Below, in pieces: positions 1 through 9,252 of a stretch of 64,000 nt of DNA; the first letter of the stretch is position 1; each line of letters opens with the position of its first letter. The notes beneath the pieces are model-generated. The model saw only the letters and a program-made list of their open reading frames with translations, did not search any database and was not told the DNA's origin. The position numbers and the translations under genes are program-made. The stretch is from a virus (taxonomy: Duplodnaviria; Caudoviricetes), in the IMG/VR virus record IMGVR_UViG_3300020049_016424, positions 64,001 to 128,000 of that record. The stretch is one strand, 5' to 3'.

Positions 1-186
1 CTGCTCGAGGTCTCGCGCCAGAGCTACTCTCTGCTCTCCCAGGAGCTCTCCGAGTCCCGAGCTGCGTACGCGCGCCTCGAGCGGCAGTTCCACCGGCGGC
101 GCTGGGTGCCGTGGCTCACCCTCTCCCTCGGCGCCGTTGTCGGCTCCGTCACCACGTGGGCTGTGAACGAAAGGATCGCTCGATGA
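1..186 (+). CDS. 3' end of a hypothetical membrane-anchored protein (partial)
   Basis: Frame 1 is open from base 1 to TGA at 184-186; helical segment followed by hydrophobic WVPWLTLSLGAVVGSVTTWAV; ATGA overlap with the next gene. Confidence 0.55.
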   Translation: MLEVSRQSYSLLSQELSESRAAYARLERQFHRRRWVPWLTLSLGAVVGSVTTWAVNERIAR

Positions 187-614
187 GTCTGCACCGAGAC
201 CGTGGGGTGCGCGCCGCCCTCGCCATGTTCAAGCTCGCGGCGCTGCCTCCGGGCATGAGCCCCGCTGCATTCAAAGCGGCGCTCCGGGGCGGGCAAGGCG
301 TCGCTCAAGAGGCCGCGGGCGCCATCGCCCACAACCCGTTCAAGCCGCTGCCGAAGGGCGCCGTACCTGTCGCAGGCAAGGTCGACCGCAGCGCCTTCGA
401 ACGGGGCTTCGCCCGCACCCCGCCCCCTGGCGCGGACCCCGCGGCGTTCACCGCCGGACAGTTCGAATGGCTCGGTAAGGGCCAGCTACCGCCGCAAGCG
501 GTCGCCACAGGCGCACTGAAGGGCGGCGCTCCTGTCGCAGCACAGACCGCCGCAGAGCTCCCCATGTCTCCGGTGGCGCAGCGGCTCCAGGCGCTCCGGC
601 CTACTCGGGCCTGA
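183..614 (+). CDS. hypothetical protein with KxA motif (putative virion-associated)
   Basis: ATG at 183 overlaps the upstream stop (ATGA); N-terminus GVRAALAMFKLAA; Ala/Pro-rich. Confidence 0.55.
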   Translation: MSLHRDRGVRAALAMFKLAALPPGMSPAAFKAALRGGQGVAQEAAGAIAHNPFKPLPKGAVPVAGKVDRSAFERGFARTPPPGADPAAFTAGQFEWLGKGQLPPQAVATGALKGGAPVAAQTAAELPMSPVAQRLQALRPTRA

Positions 615-641
615 AGCCGGGCGCGGGGCTTCGCCCAGAAC

Positions 642-668
642 GAGAAAAGGCCGCTGCGAAGCGGCCTT
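642..668 (-). terminator. intrinsic terminator between convergent genes
   Basis: Hairpin AAGGCCGC-TGCGAA-GCGGCCTT (647-668) running into a short T tract on the minus strand. Confidence 0.6.
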
Positions 669-692
669 CGTCGTTCATGCGCACCGCGAGCG

Positions 693-1067
693 TCAGTGCA
701 GCTTCTTGTTCTTCGCCGGGGGCTTCTTGGCTGCCTTCTTGGGGGCCTTCTTGGTGGCCTTCTTCGGCGCTGCTGCCTTCTTCTTGGGCGCCTTCTTGGG
801 CGCCGTCTTCGCCGGCTTCTTCGTGGCCTTCTTCGGAGCCGCCTTCTTCTTCGGCGCCTTCTTCGCGGGCTTCTTGGGCGCCTTCTTGGCTGGAGCCGCC
901 GGCCGCGACTCAGGGATCGCGCTCACAGGCTCGGCCGCCTGCGCCGCGGGCGCCTTCCAGAAGGACTCCTCTTCGTCGTCGAAGTAGTCGTCGGCGACCG
1001 AGCGCTGCCGCGGGAAAACCGAGGCGCTCTCGAGGGGCTTGGGAGTGGGTGCAGTCGTCGGGGTCAT
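693..1067 (-). CDS. histone H1-like Lys/Ala/Pro-rich basic protein
   Basis: ATG 1067 (MTPTTAP...); acidic patch DDYFDDEEES, then repeated KKAPKK/KKATKK/KKPAKK units. Confidence 0.75.
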   Translation of the reverse strand: MTPTTAPTPKPLESASVFPRQRSVADDYFDDEEESFWKAPAAQAAEPVSAIPESRPAAPAKKAPKKPAKKAPKKKAAPKKATKKPAKTAPKKAPKKKAAAPKKATKKAPKKAAKKPPAKNKKLH

Positions 1068-1077
1068 GGGATTCTCA

Positions 1078-1638
1078 TCAGATGGAGTGTTTGTTTCGTA
1101 GTGCCGCTCGGCGTACCGTTTTCTTTTCGCCGAGCGTGGACTTCCGGATGGTAGCAAGGACCTCGAGCTGCGGTCTAGTGCAGTCCGCCGGATTCGCGAA
1201 GGCATACGCCACCTGTGCGAGAGCGAACGCGTCCGCGAGGTTATCATCGGTGGTGTCGAAGCCCCAGCGGCTGCGCACGGCCTGGCACATGTCGCCCTTC
1301 TCGGCGCGTGCGTCGCTCGCAGCGAACTTCTTCAGCGCAGAGGGCGCGCACTCGATGTAGGTCTGAGATCTCACGTACATGGCCACGGTGGCGAGGCCTC
1401 CGACTTCGCCGAGCAGGAACGCACGGTGCGTGCTTCCGTGCGAGTAGGCCTCTCGAGCGGAAACGCAGAATCGCCCGTTGCCCAAGATAGTTTCGAGCGT
1501 ATTCCGGATGAAGAGAAGGCGCGCAGGGCCTGTGCACGCAGCCTCCGGAATCACTGTCCGGCACCACGCGAGGCTCCCCGAAGGATGCAGAACAACGACC
1601 CCTGTGTGATTTGCTGAGGTGTCGACGCCGAGAAACAT
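1078..1638 (-). CDS. ruvC: RuvC-like Holliday junction resolvase
   Basis: FLGVDTS...TGVVVL, REAY, LGEVGG, PSALKKFA, KGDM, DNLADAFALA match the RuvC fold pattern; SD AAGGAG before ATG 1638. Confidence 0.85.
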   Translation of the reverse strand: MFLGVDTSANHTGVVVLHPSGSLAWCRTVIPEAACTGPARLLFIRNTLETILGNGRFCVSAREAYSHGSTHRAFLLGEVGGLATVAMYVRSQTYIECAPSALKKFAASDARAEKGDMCQAVRSRWGFDTTDDNLADAFALAQVAYAFANPADCTRPQLEVLATIRKSTLGEKKTVRRAALRNKHSI

Positions 1639-1706
1639 CGTGTCTCCTTGTAAAAACGGTTCGTCCATTCTATCTTGAATACTCCTCCCTCGACAAGGAC
1701 ACGATC

Positions 1707-2165
1707 ATGGGCATCAAAACGGTTCTGTGCTGCGACGGCTGCAATCGGGAAATCGCCGCCGCAGCCGGTGACGGCGACCTCGCCACGGTGAACTTGCCGT
1801 GGTTCCACTTCACGTATGTCGACCCCCAGAGTCTCTCGGCGCACGCATACCGAACGGCGACCATCGAGCCCCTCTTGGTGTGCGGGGAGTGCGCGGGCAC
1901 TTCCGCCCTCGACGCGTTCCGCAAGGCCGCAGCGGCGGCAGAAGCGCAGCGGCGCGGGATGCCGCTGCTCGGATCGCCGGTCGGAGGACTGACACAAGCT
2001 GCCCGCGGCGTCCTGGGGAATCCGGGCGCGTATCTGGGCTACCCGGGACTCCCCGCTTCGGGGACTGGGGTGCCCGCCACGAACGTAGGCGCTATCAGCA
2101 CCCCCGCACCGGGCAACGTCTTGGTGTACAAGACCGCAACCTCAGACAGCAGCGGGAACCCCTGA
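1707..2165 (+). CDS. hypothetical protein with CxxC...CxxC zinc-binding motif
   Basis: ATG 1707 after AAGGA; CDGC and CGEC pairs. Confidence 0.6.
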   Translation: MGIKTVLCCDGCNREIAAAAGDGDLATVNLPWFHFTYVDPQSLSAHAYRTATIEPLLVCGECAGTSALDAFRKAAAAAEAQRRGMPLLGSPVGGLTQAARGVLGNPGAYLGYPGLPASGTGVPATNVGAISTPAPGNVLVYKTATSDSSGNP

Positions 2166-2205
2166 GTCCCGCGGCGCGCCTGAGCCCTGCGGCGCTCCTG
2201 AGTCC
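2161..2205. repeat. imperfect 18-bp-period tandem repeat (CCTGAGYCC core x3)
   Basis: CCTGAGTCCCGCGGCGCG / CCTGAGCCCTGCGGCGCT / CCTGAGTCC at 2161, 2179, 2197. Confidence 0.6.
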
Positions 2206-2237
2206 ATCCGGTCCTCGCACTGAGCAGCCATCCCCGG

Positions 2238-2243
2238 TATCAT
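2238..2243 (+). promoter_or_regulatory. putative -10 box of a leaderless promoter
   Basis: ggTATCAT 7 nt before ATG 2251, no SD. Confidence 0.5.
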
Positions 2244-2250
2244 CTGCCCC

Positions 2251-2922
2251 ATGACGGCGTCCTACGTATCGGTCCGCTTCGAGAAGACCGACCTGAGTGC
2301 CACGATCGGCAAACAGCGGTGCATCGTGCGCACTCGGAACGACGGACCGATCCCGCCGCTCCCGAGCCTCGGGTACTACCCGACCGCCCCGAACGAGCTC
2401 ATGGCGCCGCTCGTCTGCGAGTACATCGACGACGTACTTGGGGAGCGGATGTCGCGCGTCGCGACGCTCGCAGACCTCACGGGACTCCCGATCTCGACCC
2501 TCACACTCTTCGAGGATCTCACCGTCGATTTCGTGGCCGCAGGCGTAGCCCCTGGAGACGTGCTCGAAGTGGTCTCAGTCGTCTCGAGCGAGTGGAGCTC
2601 CGAAGAGTACCCGGGCACTTCGTTCCAGTTCGCGGTCGCAGGCGTTCTCTCTCCGACCCAGCTATCCGTCTCCAAGGCCTTCCCGAGCTTCAAGGCGAAC
2701 ATGTCCTGGGAGATCGCAGCGATCGGCCTTGCGGGCAACGGCGGCGTCACACGCCGCGCAGGCGCTCCCGCGACGTTCCTCGAGACCCGCTTCAACGCGC
2801 TCTTCAACAGCGTGCCCGAGCTCGACGCTTTCGTCGAAGCCACGAAAGCAGGTCTCGACGCGCTCGGGACCACCTCCACCAGCTCGACCCTCACGTCCGA
2901 GAACTATACCTCCCAGGTCTGA
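2251..2922 (+). CDS. hypothetical protein (putative structural)
   Basis: 223 aa, GC3-rich codons, S/T/V-rich; first of three co-oriented genes. Confidence 0.7.
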   Translation: MTASYVSVRFEKTDLSATIGKQRCIVRTRNDGPIPPLPSLGYYPTAPNELMAPLVCEYIDDVLGERMSRVATLADLTGLPISTLTLFEDLTVDFVAAGVAPGDVLEVVSVVSSEWSSEEYPGTSFQFAVAGVLSPTQLSVSKAFPSFKANMSWEIAAIGLAGNGGVTRRAGAPATFLETRFNALFNSVPELDAFVEATKAGLDALGTTSTSSTLTSENYTSQV

Positions 2923-2958
2923 CGCCCCCGCCCCCTCCTCTTCCCCCTGAGCTCCACC

Positions 2959-3327
2959 ATGGCCGTCTCCATCACCTACGAAGTCACGTCCACGGCGCCC
3001 GGCCCCGGGACGTACTGCGTCGAGTTCCGTGTGCAGGCGGCTGTGGACATCGATCCTGCGATCTTCGTATTCGACACGGAGTACGGCGCCTTCACGGGCG
3101 TTGCGACGCCGTATGACCTGCAGACGTGGCCGGTCGGGCAGGCTGCGGCGCAAGTCGCGCAGGTCGCCTACTTTCGGTCCACGGGGGTTCTCCGGAACCT
3201 GCCCACGGTCGACAAGGCGCAGTACTTCGAGTCGTACACACAGAGCCGGATCTTGCGACTGCAGACGAACTGGCAGGGCGTCGTCGACGGCTTCGTCGGC
3301 ACCGAGACGGTCACCGTCCCCGAGTAA
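2959..3327 (+). CDS. hypothetical protein (putative structural)
   Basis: 122 aa; IFVF...FTGVATPYD...YFR resembles the N-terminus of the next ORF (IFLF...FTRVVTPAD...FYR). Confidence 0.7.
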   Translation: MAVSITYEVTSTAPGPGTYCVEFRVQAAVDIDPAIFVFDTEYGAFTGVATPYDLQTWPVGQAAAQVAQVAYFRSTGVLRNLPTVDKAQYFESYTQSRILRLQTNWQGVVDGFVGTETVTVPE

Positions 3328-3351
3328 CCCCTTCTCTGAAAGAAGACCCCG

Positions 3352-4344
3352 ATGGCTGGCACGCAGGTACGTCAGATCCGAGAACCCGTGTCGACCGACA
3401 CCGGGACGCAGTATCAGGTCACCGCGCAGGCTATCGTCGCCGGCACGCTGCCGGACGTCTTCATCTTCCTCTTCGAAGTCATCCAGGACGAAGACCCGAA
3501 GAGCGACGCCTTCACGCGTGTCGTGACGCCGGCGGACTTCGACGACTACGGCACCGACCGCGACGCGTCGATCACAGCGAACACGCGCTTCTACCGCGCC
3601 GCGCAAGTCGTGCTCCTCTACGACGGCATCACCGACGCGAACAGTGCGTATCTCGAGCTCACGAGCCGGATCTCAGACCTCGTCACGGGCTACGACGCCT
3701 ACATCGACTCGTTCGTGACCCTGCCTGCGGGCGAGGTCGTCACCTACCCGACGGCGGATGAGAGCGAAAAGGCCGCGCTGATCGCGCAGTACGAAGCCGC
3801 AGCGGCTGCTGTGACCGTCGCAGAAGAAGTGCGCGACGAAGAGGTCGCGAGCTGCGACGTGCACAAGGCCGAGTACGCCTCGTTGCAGGAGCGCCTGGTC
3901 GAGGCGCAGTCCGACTACACGAACATGCAGAACGTCGTGAACGTCGTCACCGCGGTGCCCGCGGTCTACGCGGCCAACTCGGCGCTCGCGAACAACGCGG
4001 TGACTGCCACCGCGAGCACTGTGGCGTCATCCTCCGCGTCTGCCGCAGACAAAACCGCCGTCGCCAGCTATTCGAACAATGCCTTCGCCGCCCTGAGTGC
4101 GATCGATCGCGCCAACGCAGATTTCGCCACCGGCGTCACCGGTCCGGTCCTCGTACTCGTCGGCACGCTGCAGCTTCGTGTGAACACGCTCTCGAGCGAG
4201 GTGCTCGCGATGCAGCAGACGGTGAACGACTGCCAGCTCGAGCTCGCGACCATGCAGGGTGCGGTCGACGCTGCGCGGGCAACTCGCGACGCTGCGCTCG
4301 CAGCTGTCCGCGCCGTGTGCCCTGACTACGTTCCGGGGGCGTGA
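3352..4344 (+). CDS. hypothetical coiled-coil protein (putative structural)
   Basis: 330 aa; N-domain similar to the previous ORF, long Ala-rich helical C-half. Confidence 0.7.
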   Translation: MAGTQVRQIREPVSTDTGTQYQVTAQAIVAGTLPDVFIFLFEVIQDEDPKSDAFTRVVTPADFDDYGTDRDASITANTRFYRAAQVVLLYDGITDANSAYLELTSRISDLVTGYDAYIDSFVTLPAGEVVTYPTADESEKAALIAQYEAAAAAVTVAEEVRDEEVASCDVHKAEYASLQERLVEAQSDYTNMQNVVNVVTAVPAVYAANSALANNAVTATASTVASSSASAADKTAVASYSNNAFAALSAIDRANADFATGVTGPVLVLVGTLQLRVNTLSSEVLAMQQTVNDCQLELATMQGAVDAARATRDAALAAVRAVCPDYVPGA

Positions 4345-4364
4345 CTCGAGGACCTCAGACCTAA

Positions 4365-4392
4365 AGAAAACCCTTTGCAGGGAGGGTTTTCT
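4365..4392. terminator. bidirectional terminator
   Basis: AGAAAACCCT-N8-AGGGTTTTCT between convergent genes. Confidence 0.7.
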
Positions 4393-4396
4393 GTCT

Positions 4397-5944
4397 CTAT
4401 TTGAGACTAGGCTCTTGGGCTTGAAGAACCTTGAGATAGTGCGGCACACGCGCACTGCGCGGCGGTAGTGGCGGAAGCACCTGGTGCGGCAGGCTTAGGT
4501 AGGCGCTCCCAACGTGAGTTCCGTGTACCCACTCGAGGTACTCGACTGCCGTAGTAGCCGCCGTGAATACTTTGTGCTCTGAGTAGCTGTCCTCGTACGT
4601 GACGTAGGCGTAGCGCGGCGTGAGACTGTAGCCTTCGCTCAGGGAGTAGCAGAGCCGCGCGTACCGTAGTTTGCGCTCGTGTCCCCATCCCGAACGTCCT
4701 CCGATGAGGCGCTGCGCCGTCACCGCATACGCTCGCTCGAGCCAGGCGGGGCGCGGCGCAGGGAGCGGAGCGCGTAGCCGCTCGGAGAAATCGTCGTCGC
4801 ACACGGCCTCTCGGAAGTCCTCGAACGAATAGAACACCTCGGCCTCTTGCAAGTCTCCTGCAGCTCGCCAGCAGTGGTACCCCACCAGAGAGCGCCCCCC
4901 CGACGGCATGAACTGTCCGAGTACGTAGCGCCGTGCGCGGCCGGTGCCTGGGTCACGCAGCCGCACCTCGGCACCTGCCAGCCACCGGAGCTGCCACACC
5001 TGCTCCTCCGTGAAGCCTCCTTGCGCGATCGCAACGCCGGCGGGGTCCTTCCACGCCAGCGCGCCCAAGAAGTCCTCAGCGTGGTCGGCCGTCTTCGGAG
5101 CTGCGCAGGTCGCACGCGCATGGGGAGCCTCACAGGAAAACACGCAGGTGGGGCACCAGTGAGTCTTCACGCGGCGCGCCGTGACGCCGAGCTGCGCCGT
5201 CTGCCGTGCGGTCCCCCGGGTGTGTGTGAGCTCCTCGTCGTCTGCAGCGTCCTTGAGCGGATAGGCCCCGTAGGCAGGCGCGAACGGGTCGGCGAAGGCG
5301 AGCCGCGGAGACACGTGAGGCACCCCCTGAACCGTTCTTGTGTGCGGCAGCGCTTTGTCGTACATCGCGCGGTACCAAGATCTCTCCGCCTGCAACGCCT
5401 CCCACCGTGCAACAACATCGGAGGCACTCTGAGGCCCCGAAATGACACGAGACATCGGCAGATGGCGTTGTTCACACTCGGATAGCTTCGCGCTCGCCAG
5501 ACGATTCACAGAAGGACGCACTGAAAGCGAGCACGGCTGCGACAGATACGCAGAGTTCGCAGGGCAGAGCCCAACGGTGAGCTCCGCACACACCGCAGAC
5601 GCCAGGGGATAGTCGAGGCAGACCACCGTTTCTTGTTCGGTGTGCATGTCTGCGACCATGTAGAGCTTGAGCCAGAGACTTTCCCGAAGAAGCCGAGGCT
5701 CCCACGTCATAGCCCATGCAACGCTCTTGCCCCGCTGCACGGACCCGTACATGAGCATCAGCGAACACGGGGGGTCATCGAAGTAAGCGCGGAAGAAATC
5801 CAAGGCACCCGCCACGGTCGTCGTGACGCTTGTGTCGACGTACACAAGCGCAGGAAGGCGCCCCCAAGAGAGGTTGAGTTTGTGCTCGTACCTGCCTCCG
5901 CCCCTAGAGGTGGTATGAAACTGTGAGGATGTGTAGTATCGCAT
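4397..5944 (-). CDS. hypothetical protein with Cys cluster (CPTCVFSC...C)
   Basis: Likely start ATG 5944 (MRYYTSS) after AAAGG; the TTG extension to 6175 runs through repeat-rich DNA. Confidence 0.65.
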   Translation of the reverse strand: MRYYTSSQFHTTSRGGGRYEHKLNLSWGRLPALVYVDTSVTTTVAGALDFFRAYFDDPPCSLMLMYGSVQRGKSVAWAMTWEPRLLRESLWLKLYMVADMHTEQETVVCLDYPLASAVCAELTVGLCPANSAYLSQPCSLSVRPSVNRLASAKLSECEQRHLPMSRVISGPQSASDVVARWEALQAERSWYRAMYDKALPHTRTVQGVPHVSPRLAFADPFAPAYGAYPLKDAADDEELTHTRGTARQTAQLGVTARRVKTHWCPTCVFSCEAPHARATCAAPKTADHAEDFLGALAWKDPAGVAIAQGGFTEEQVWQLRWLAGAEVRLRDPGTGRARRYVLGQFMPSGGRSLVGYHCWRAAGDLQEAEVFYSFEDFREAVCDDDFSERLRAPLPAPRPAWLERAYAVTAQRLIGGRSGWGHERKLRYARLCYSLSEGYSLTPRYAYVTYEDSYSEHKVFTAATTAVEYLEWVHGTHVGSAYLSLPHQVLPPLPPRSARVPHYLKVLQAQEPSLK

Positions 5945-6671
5945 ATGACCTTTTGGGGGTTCGCGCAGAGCCGCAGCGGAGGCTGCGAGCTCGTGCAGAA
6001 AACTGGTTGGTTTGGTTGAGGCAGCCTCGGCGAGACTGGTAAACCGGAGAATCGCGCGAAGTAGACCACGACCTCGTAAAAGAAAAGCAAGACACGTAGC
6101 GCTAACCAGATTACCGAGAGCTTCCCGCAAGGTCTCCAAGCCCGTGAACCCGTACCAAACCCGTTGGTTAGCCAAAAGCCCTGGTTAGGCCCTCGGTAAT
6201 CGCGTTTTCCCCTTGAAAACAAGGCGATTCTCCGAGGCTAACCGGACTTACCGAATTTCACCGAACACAGGGGTGTATAGGAGCAGGGGGGAGAGAATGG
6301 GAGAGTGGGAGGAGGGGATGTAGGTGGAGTATCCTACCTGTGAGAAAAAGTAAGGGTGTATAGGAGAGAGGGGACAGGGGGAGTACAGGGGTGTGGGAGG
6401 AGTAGTGGGGGTTGCGTGTGAAGGTGTTTGGTTAGACCGGTTGAGTGGTTATATATATGAGTGTTTCTCTGAAAACACACATATATATAGGGGCCTTTTC
6501 GGTCGGAAGCGCTTACCAAATCCCTAACCAGACCCCTAACCAAACTCCTCCCGCAACCACTTCGGTTGTCGGAGCTTTCGAGCCGCCCTGGCTGCGGCAG
6601 CCCACACTCCTGCCAGTGGGGTTCCAGGGGCGATTCGGGCGCCCTGCAGCCCCCAGGCGCCTCGGGGCGTC
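5945..6671. other. structured non-coding region (candidate replication origin or RT-associated ncRNA)
   Basis: Hairpins 6183-6243 and 6450-6489, outer inverted repeat 6426-6435/6536-6545, at least 7 CTAACC/GGTTAG hexamers, G-rich purine tract about 6268-6412, (TA)n tracts. Confidence 0.6.
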
Positions 6672-7610
6672 TCAGACGCTCCCGAGCTGCGCCCGGAGCC
6701 GTGCAGCCCGTCCTGGCGCCGTCTGGGCCAGCCAGGCGATGCGCCCGAGCAGGTGCTCCCGGAACGCCTCGGCGCTGGCGTACCCCTGCAGGCGCCCCAA
6801 GGCCTCGAGCTGCCCGGGTGCGGCGCAGGAGTGCACGATCGCGCGCAGGGCCCTGTAGTCCCGGCGAGGGACGTTGGGGTGGGCGTTGACCGTGAGCCCG
6901 AGCACCCGCTGCGCTTCGCCCCGGCCGGCGACGCGGACCTTGTCGTAGTTGACCCGGTAGCCGCTCTGGCGGACCGCTGCGAAGACCTCCTCGAACACGT
7001 CCGAGAGCGCCGCCTTGGGCAGGCGGGCCGCGCGGCTGAGCACGAGGTCGTCGGCGTAGCGGGAGTACGTCAGGCCGTGCTTGTGGGCGACGGCGCGCAT
7101 CTGCGGGTCGAGCCGCAGCCCCGCGACGAGGTTCGTCACCGCTCCGCTCGTGGGAGCCCCCTGCGGGACACGCCAGGTGCGGGCACCCTGCATGGGCACG
7201 GTGACGAGGCTTGCGAGGAGCTCGGCGAGGTCTCGCGGGACCCTGAAGGTCGCCTCGAGCGCGTCCCGCACCCAGGCCCTGCGGGTGCTTCCGAAGAAGT
7301 CCTGCAGGTCCACGGTGAAGAGCACGGCGGGGCGAGCATGCGCGGCCACGGTGGTGAGTAGCGAACGCCCCGGGACGTACGCGGCGACTTCCGGACCGAA
7401 GGGCGCGCCGTGGAGCATGCGCCGGAGCAAGCGCCGCTGCACCGTAGCGAGCGCGGGCTCGGGGATGTGCAGGACGCGTATCTTCCCGGATTTCTTACGT
7501 ATTTCGTGGCGACGATAGCTCGCAGCTCCGCGCATTGCGTAGTACGAGATCGTGGAGGACGCGATCTGAAGTTGCGCAGCGAGCGTTTCAAGATCGGCAG
7601 GGTGGAGCAT
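6672..7610 (-). CDS. retron-class reverse transcriptase
   Basis: IRKKSGKIRVLHIP, AAYVPGRS, VAAH (region X-like), DLQDFF, PQGAPTS, YSRYADDL, NYDK, VLGLTVN (region Y VTG-like); start ATG 7610 in TGATG overlap. Confidence 0.9.
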   Translation of the reverse strand: MLHPADLETLAAQLQIASSTISYYAMRGAASYRRHEIRKKSGKIRVLHIPEPALATVQRRLLRRMLHGAPFGPEVAAYVPGRSLLTTVAAHARPAVLFTVDLQDFFGSTRRAWVRDALEATFRVPRDLAELLASLVTVPMQGARTWRVPQGAPTSGAVTNLVAGLRLDPQMRAVAHKHGLTYSRYADDLVLSRAARLPKAALSDVFEEVFAAVRQSGYRVNYDKVRVAGRGEAQRVLGLTVNAHPNVPRRDYRALRAIVHSCAAPGQLEALGRLQGYASAEAFREHLLGRIAWLAQTAPGRAARLRAQLGSV

Positions 7611-8188
7611 CAGCACATCTCCTGGCGCGCTACGAGGTACCGGGAGCTGCATGTGGAGGTCCCCGGACGGCAGGGCTTGAACATCCGGAGCAATACGTGG
7701 GGGCACCCCGCGCATACGTGCTCGACCACGCCTTCGGCGGGTGCGATGAGCGTGCGCAGCGGGGGGTATACGCGTTCGTGCGCGACGATCACCGCTAGGT
7801 AGTGGCGCTCGGCCCGCTCTCCATATGCCCCGTACTCCCGAAGCGCATCCGTGAGCGTCCGCGCGCGCGCGAGGGCGTGGTCACCATTTGCCTCGAGCGG
7901 GAATCCGAGATACGCGTTATCGAGCGGGATGTAGAGCCAAGGCGCCTGCAGGTGTGTGAATGCCTCGATGCCGCGCAGGAGCTGCGGCAAGGGGATGAGC
8001 AAGCACGGACCGAACTGGGCATAGGGGTCCGTGCGTACCGAGAAATCTTGCACGTACGCTCGCCCGTTCCAGGTTTTGATCTTCCACGCCTGGTGGTTCG
8101 GCAAGTAGCCGTACCTGACATGCAGTGAGGAGTTGCCGAGCCCTTTAGTGTTCGTGTCGAGGACGGCCAGGGACGGCAGTTCCGTCAC
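7610..8188 (-). CDS. hypothetical protein with C-terminal Cys cluster, coupled to the RT
   Basis: GTGA overlap with the vWA gene and TGATG overlap with the RT; CAGC...C...C. Confidence 0.7.
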   Translation of the reverse strand: MTELPSLAVLDTNTKGLGNSSLHVRYGYLPNHQAWKIKTWNGRAYVQDFSVRTDPYAQFGPCLLIPLPQLLRGIEAFTHLQAPWLYIPLDNAYLGFPLEANGDHALARARTLTDALREYGAYGERAERHYLAVIVAHERVYPPLRTLIAPAEGVVEHVCAGCPHVLLRMFKPCRPGTSTCSSRYLVARQEMC

Positions 8189-9252
8189 GCTGCCTCGCGG
8201 TGTTCTCCGAGATCGTACGGGCGCATGAAGATCGTCATGTTGCCCGCAGCCGTCGTCACCGGCCGTTCGTTACGGCCCGGCGTGATGAGCCAAAGCGTCG
8301 GCACATCGATTCGGGTGGTGGGCGCGGTGCACTCGCCGTCGGTGGCGTAGACGACCATGTCGACGCCGAAGCCTTCCTTCTGCTTCTCGACGATGTACGC
8401 GAGCGCCGGGTCGAAGTCCGTACCTCCACGGCCCTTCATGTTGAAATCGATGTCGGTCTCGGCCCTGATCTCTTGCCAAGACTGCACGGCGGCGTCTGCG
8501 TAGATCAGGTAGACCTCGAGCCCGGGGCACTTGCGCAGCAGCTGCTGCAGCTCGCTCATCGCGGCCTGCAGGTCGGCCGTGCCCATGGACCCCGAAGTGT
8601 CGACGACCCACGCGATGCGGTAGCAGAACACCTTCGTGATGCCCGGGAAGAGCGGCACACGGGAGCCGAGGTGGCGCTGCCCTCGCATCGTCAGATGCTT
8701 GGCCATGGCCGCGCGCTGGTTGCTGATGCGGGAATAGCCGCGCTGCCGCTTGGCGTCGACGTAGCGCGCCACCATGGACGCGAAGATCTCGGTCCAGTCG
8801 ACCGTCGCCGGGCGCAGGATGTTCTCGATGAGCTCCATGACGTTCGAGGGCGCGTAGCCGCGATACTTGCTGCCCATGGTCTTCGCCGCGGTCTTGAGGA
8901 CCTTCTTCGCGTGCTGCTCGAGCGCGAGCGCCTGCATCTCGAGGTCTTGCAGCTGCTTGTCGTCGTCTTCCTCCTGGGTGCCGGAGTTGCTCGGACCGGA
9001 CTCCCCCGCGAGCTTCTCGTAGAGGTGGTGCCGCAGGACCTGAACGACCTGCGACAGGAGCGTCTGTTCGACCGTCGACAGCGCCTTGACGTCGGCGTCG
9101 ATGGCTTCGCGCGAGTCGGCACCCGGGTCGAGCTTCAGCACGGCGGCGACGAGCGCTTCGGGGCTGTCGCAGTTCTCGAGATTGGCGAGCCCGAGGATCT
9201 CCATGGGGGAGGCCTGGGTATTGGCGGCGGTATCGTCTTGGATATTGCTCAT
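8185..9252 (-). CDS. vWA-domain protein (DUF2201 C-terminal type)
   Basis: VDWTEI, MIDAS VVDTSGSM, DAAVQ, GRGGTDF, YATDG. Confidence 0.85.
   Translation of the reverse strand: MSNIQDDTAANTQASPMEILGLANLENCDSPEALVAAVLKLDPGADSREAIDADVKALSTVEQTLLSQVVQVLRHHLYEKLAGESGPSNSGTQEEDDDKQLQDLEMQALALEQHAKKVLKTAAKTMGSKYRGYAPSNVMELIENILRPATVDWTEIFASMVARYVDAKRQRGYSRISNQRAAMAKHLTMRGQRHLGSRVPLFPGITKVFCYRIAWVVDTSGSMGTADLQAAMSELQQLLRKCPGLEVYLIYADAAVQSWQEIRAETDIDFNMKGRGGTDFDPALAYIVEKQKEGFGVDMVVYATDGECTAPTTRIDVPTLWLITPGRNERPVTTAAGNMTIFMRPYDLGEHREAA

Noticed and set aside
5945-6175. N-terminal extension of the 4397 ORF to TTG 6175
   Set aside because: Runs through the TGGTT/CTAACC repeat zone; ATG 5944 has an SD-like AAAGG.
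6461-6467. GTGTTTC in the hairpin matching the reverse complement of the MKH start (GAAACAC)
   Set aside because: A 7-nt match is expected by chance and is not evidence that the RT template targets the arrays.
6672-7610. RT as part of a diversity-generating retroelement or group II intron
   Set aside because: Motifs are retron-like, there is no maturase or endonuclease domain, and I saw no near-identical TR/VR pair differing at adenines; a dot-plot would be needed to exclude one fully.
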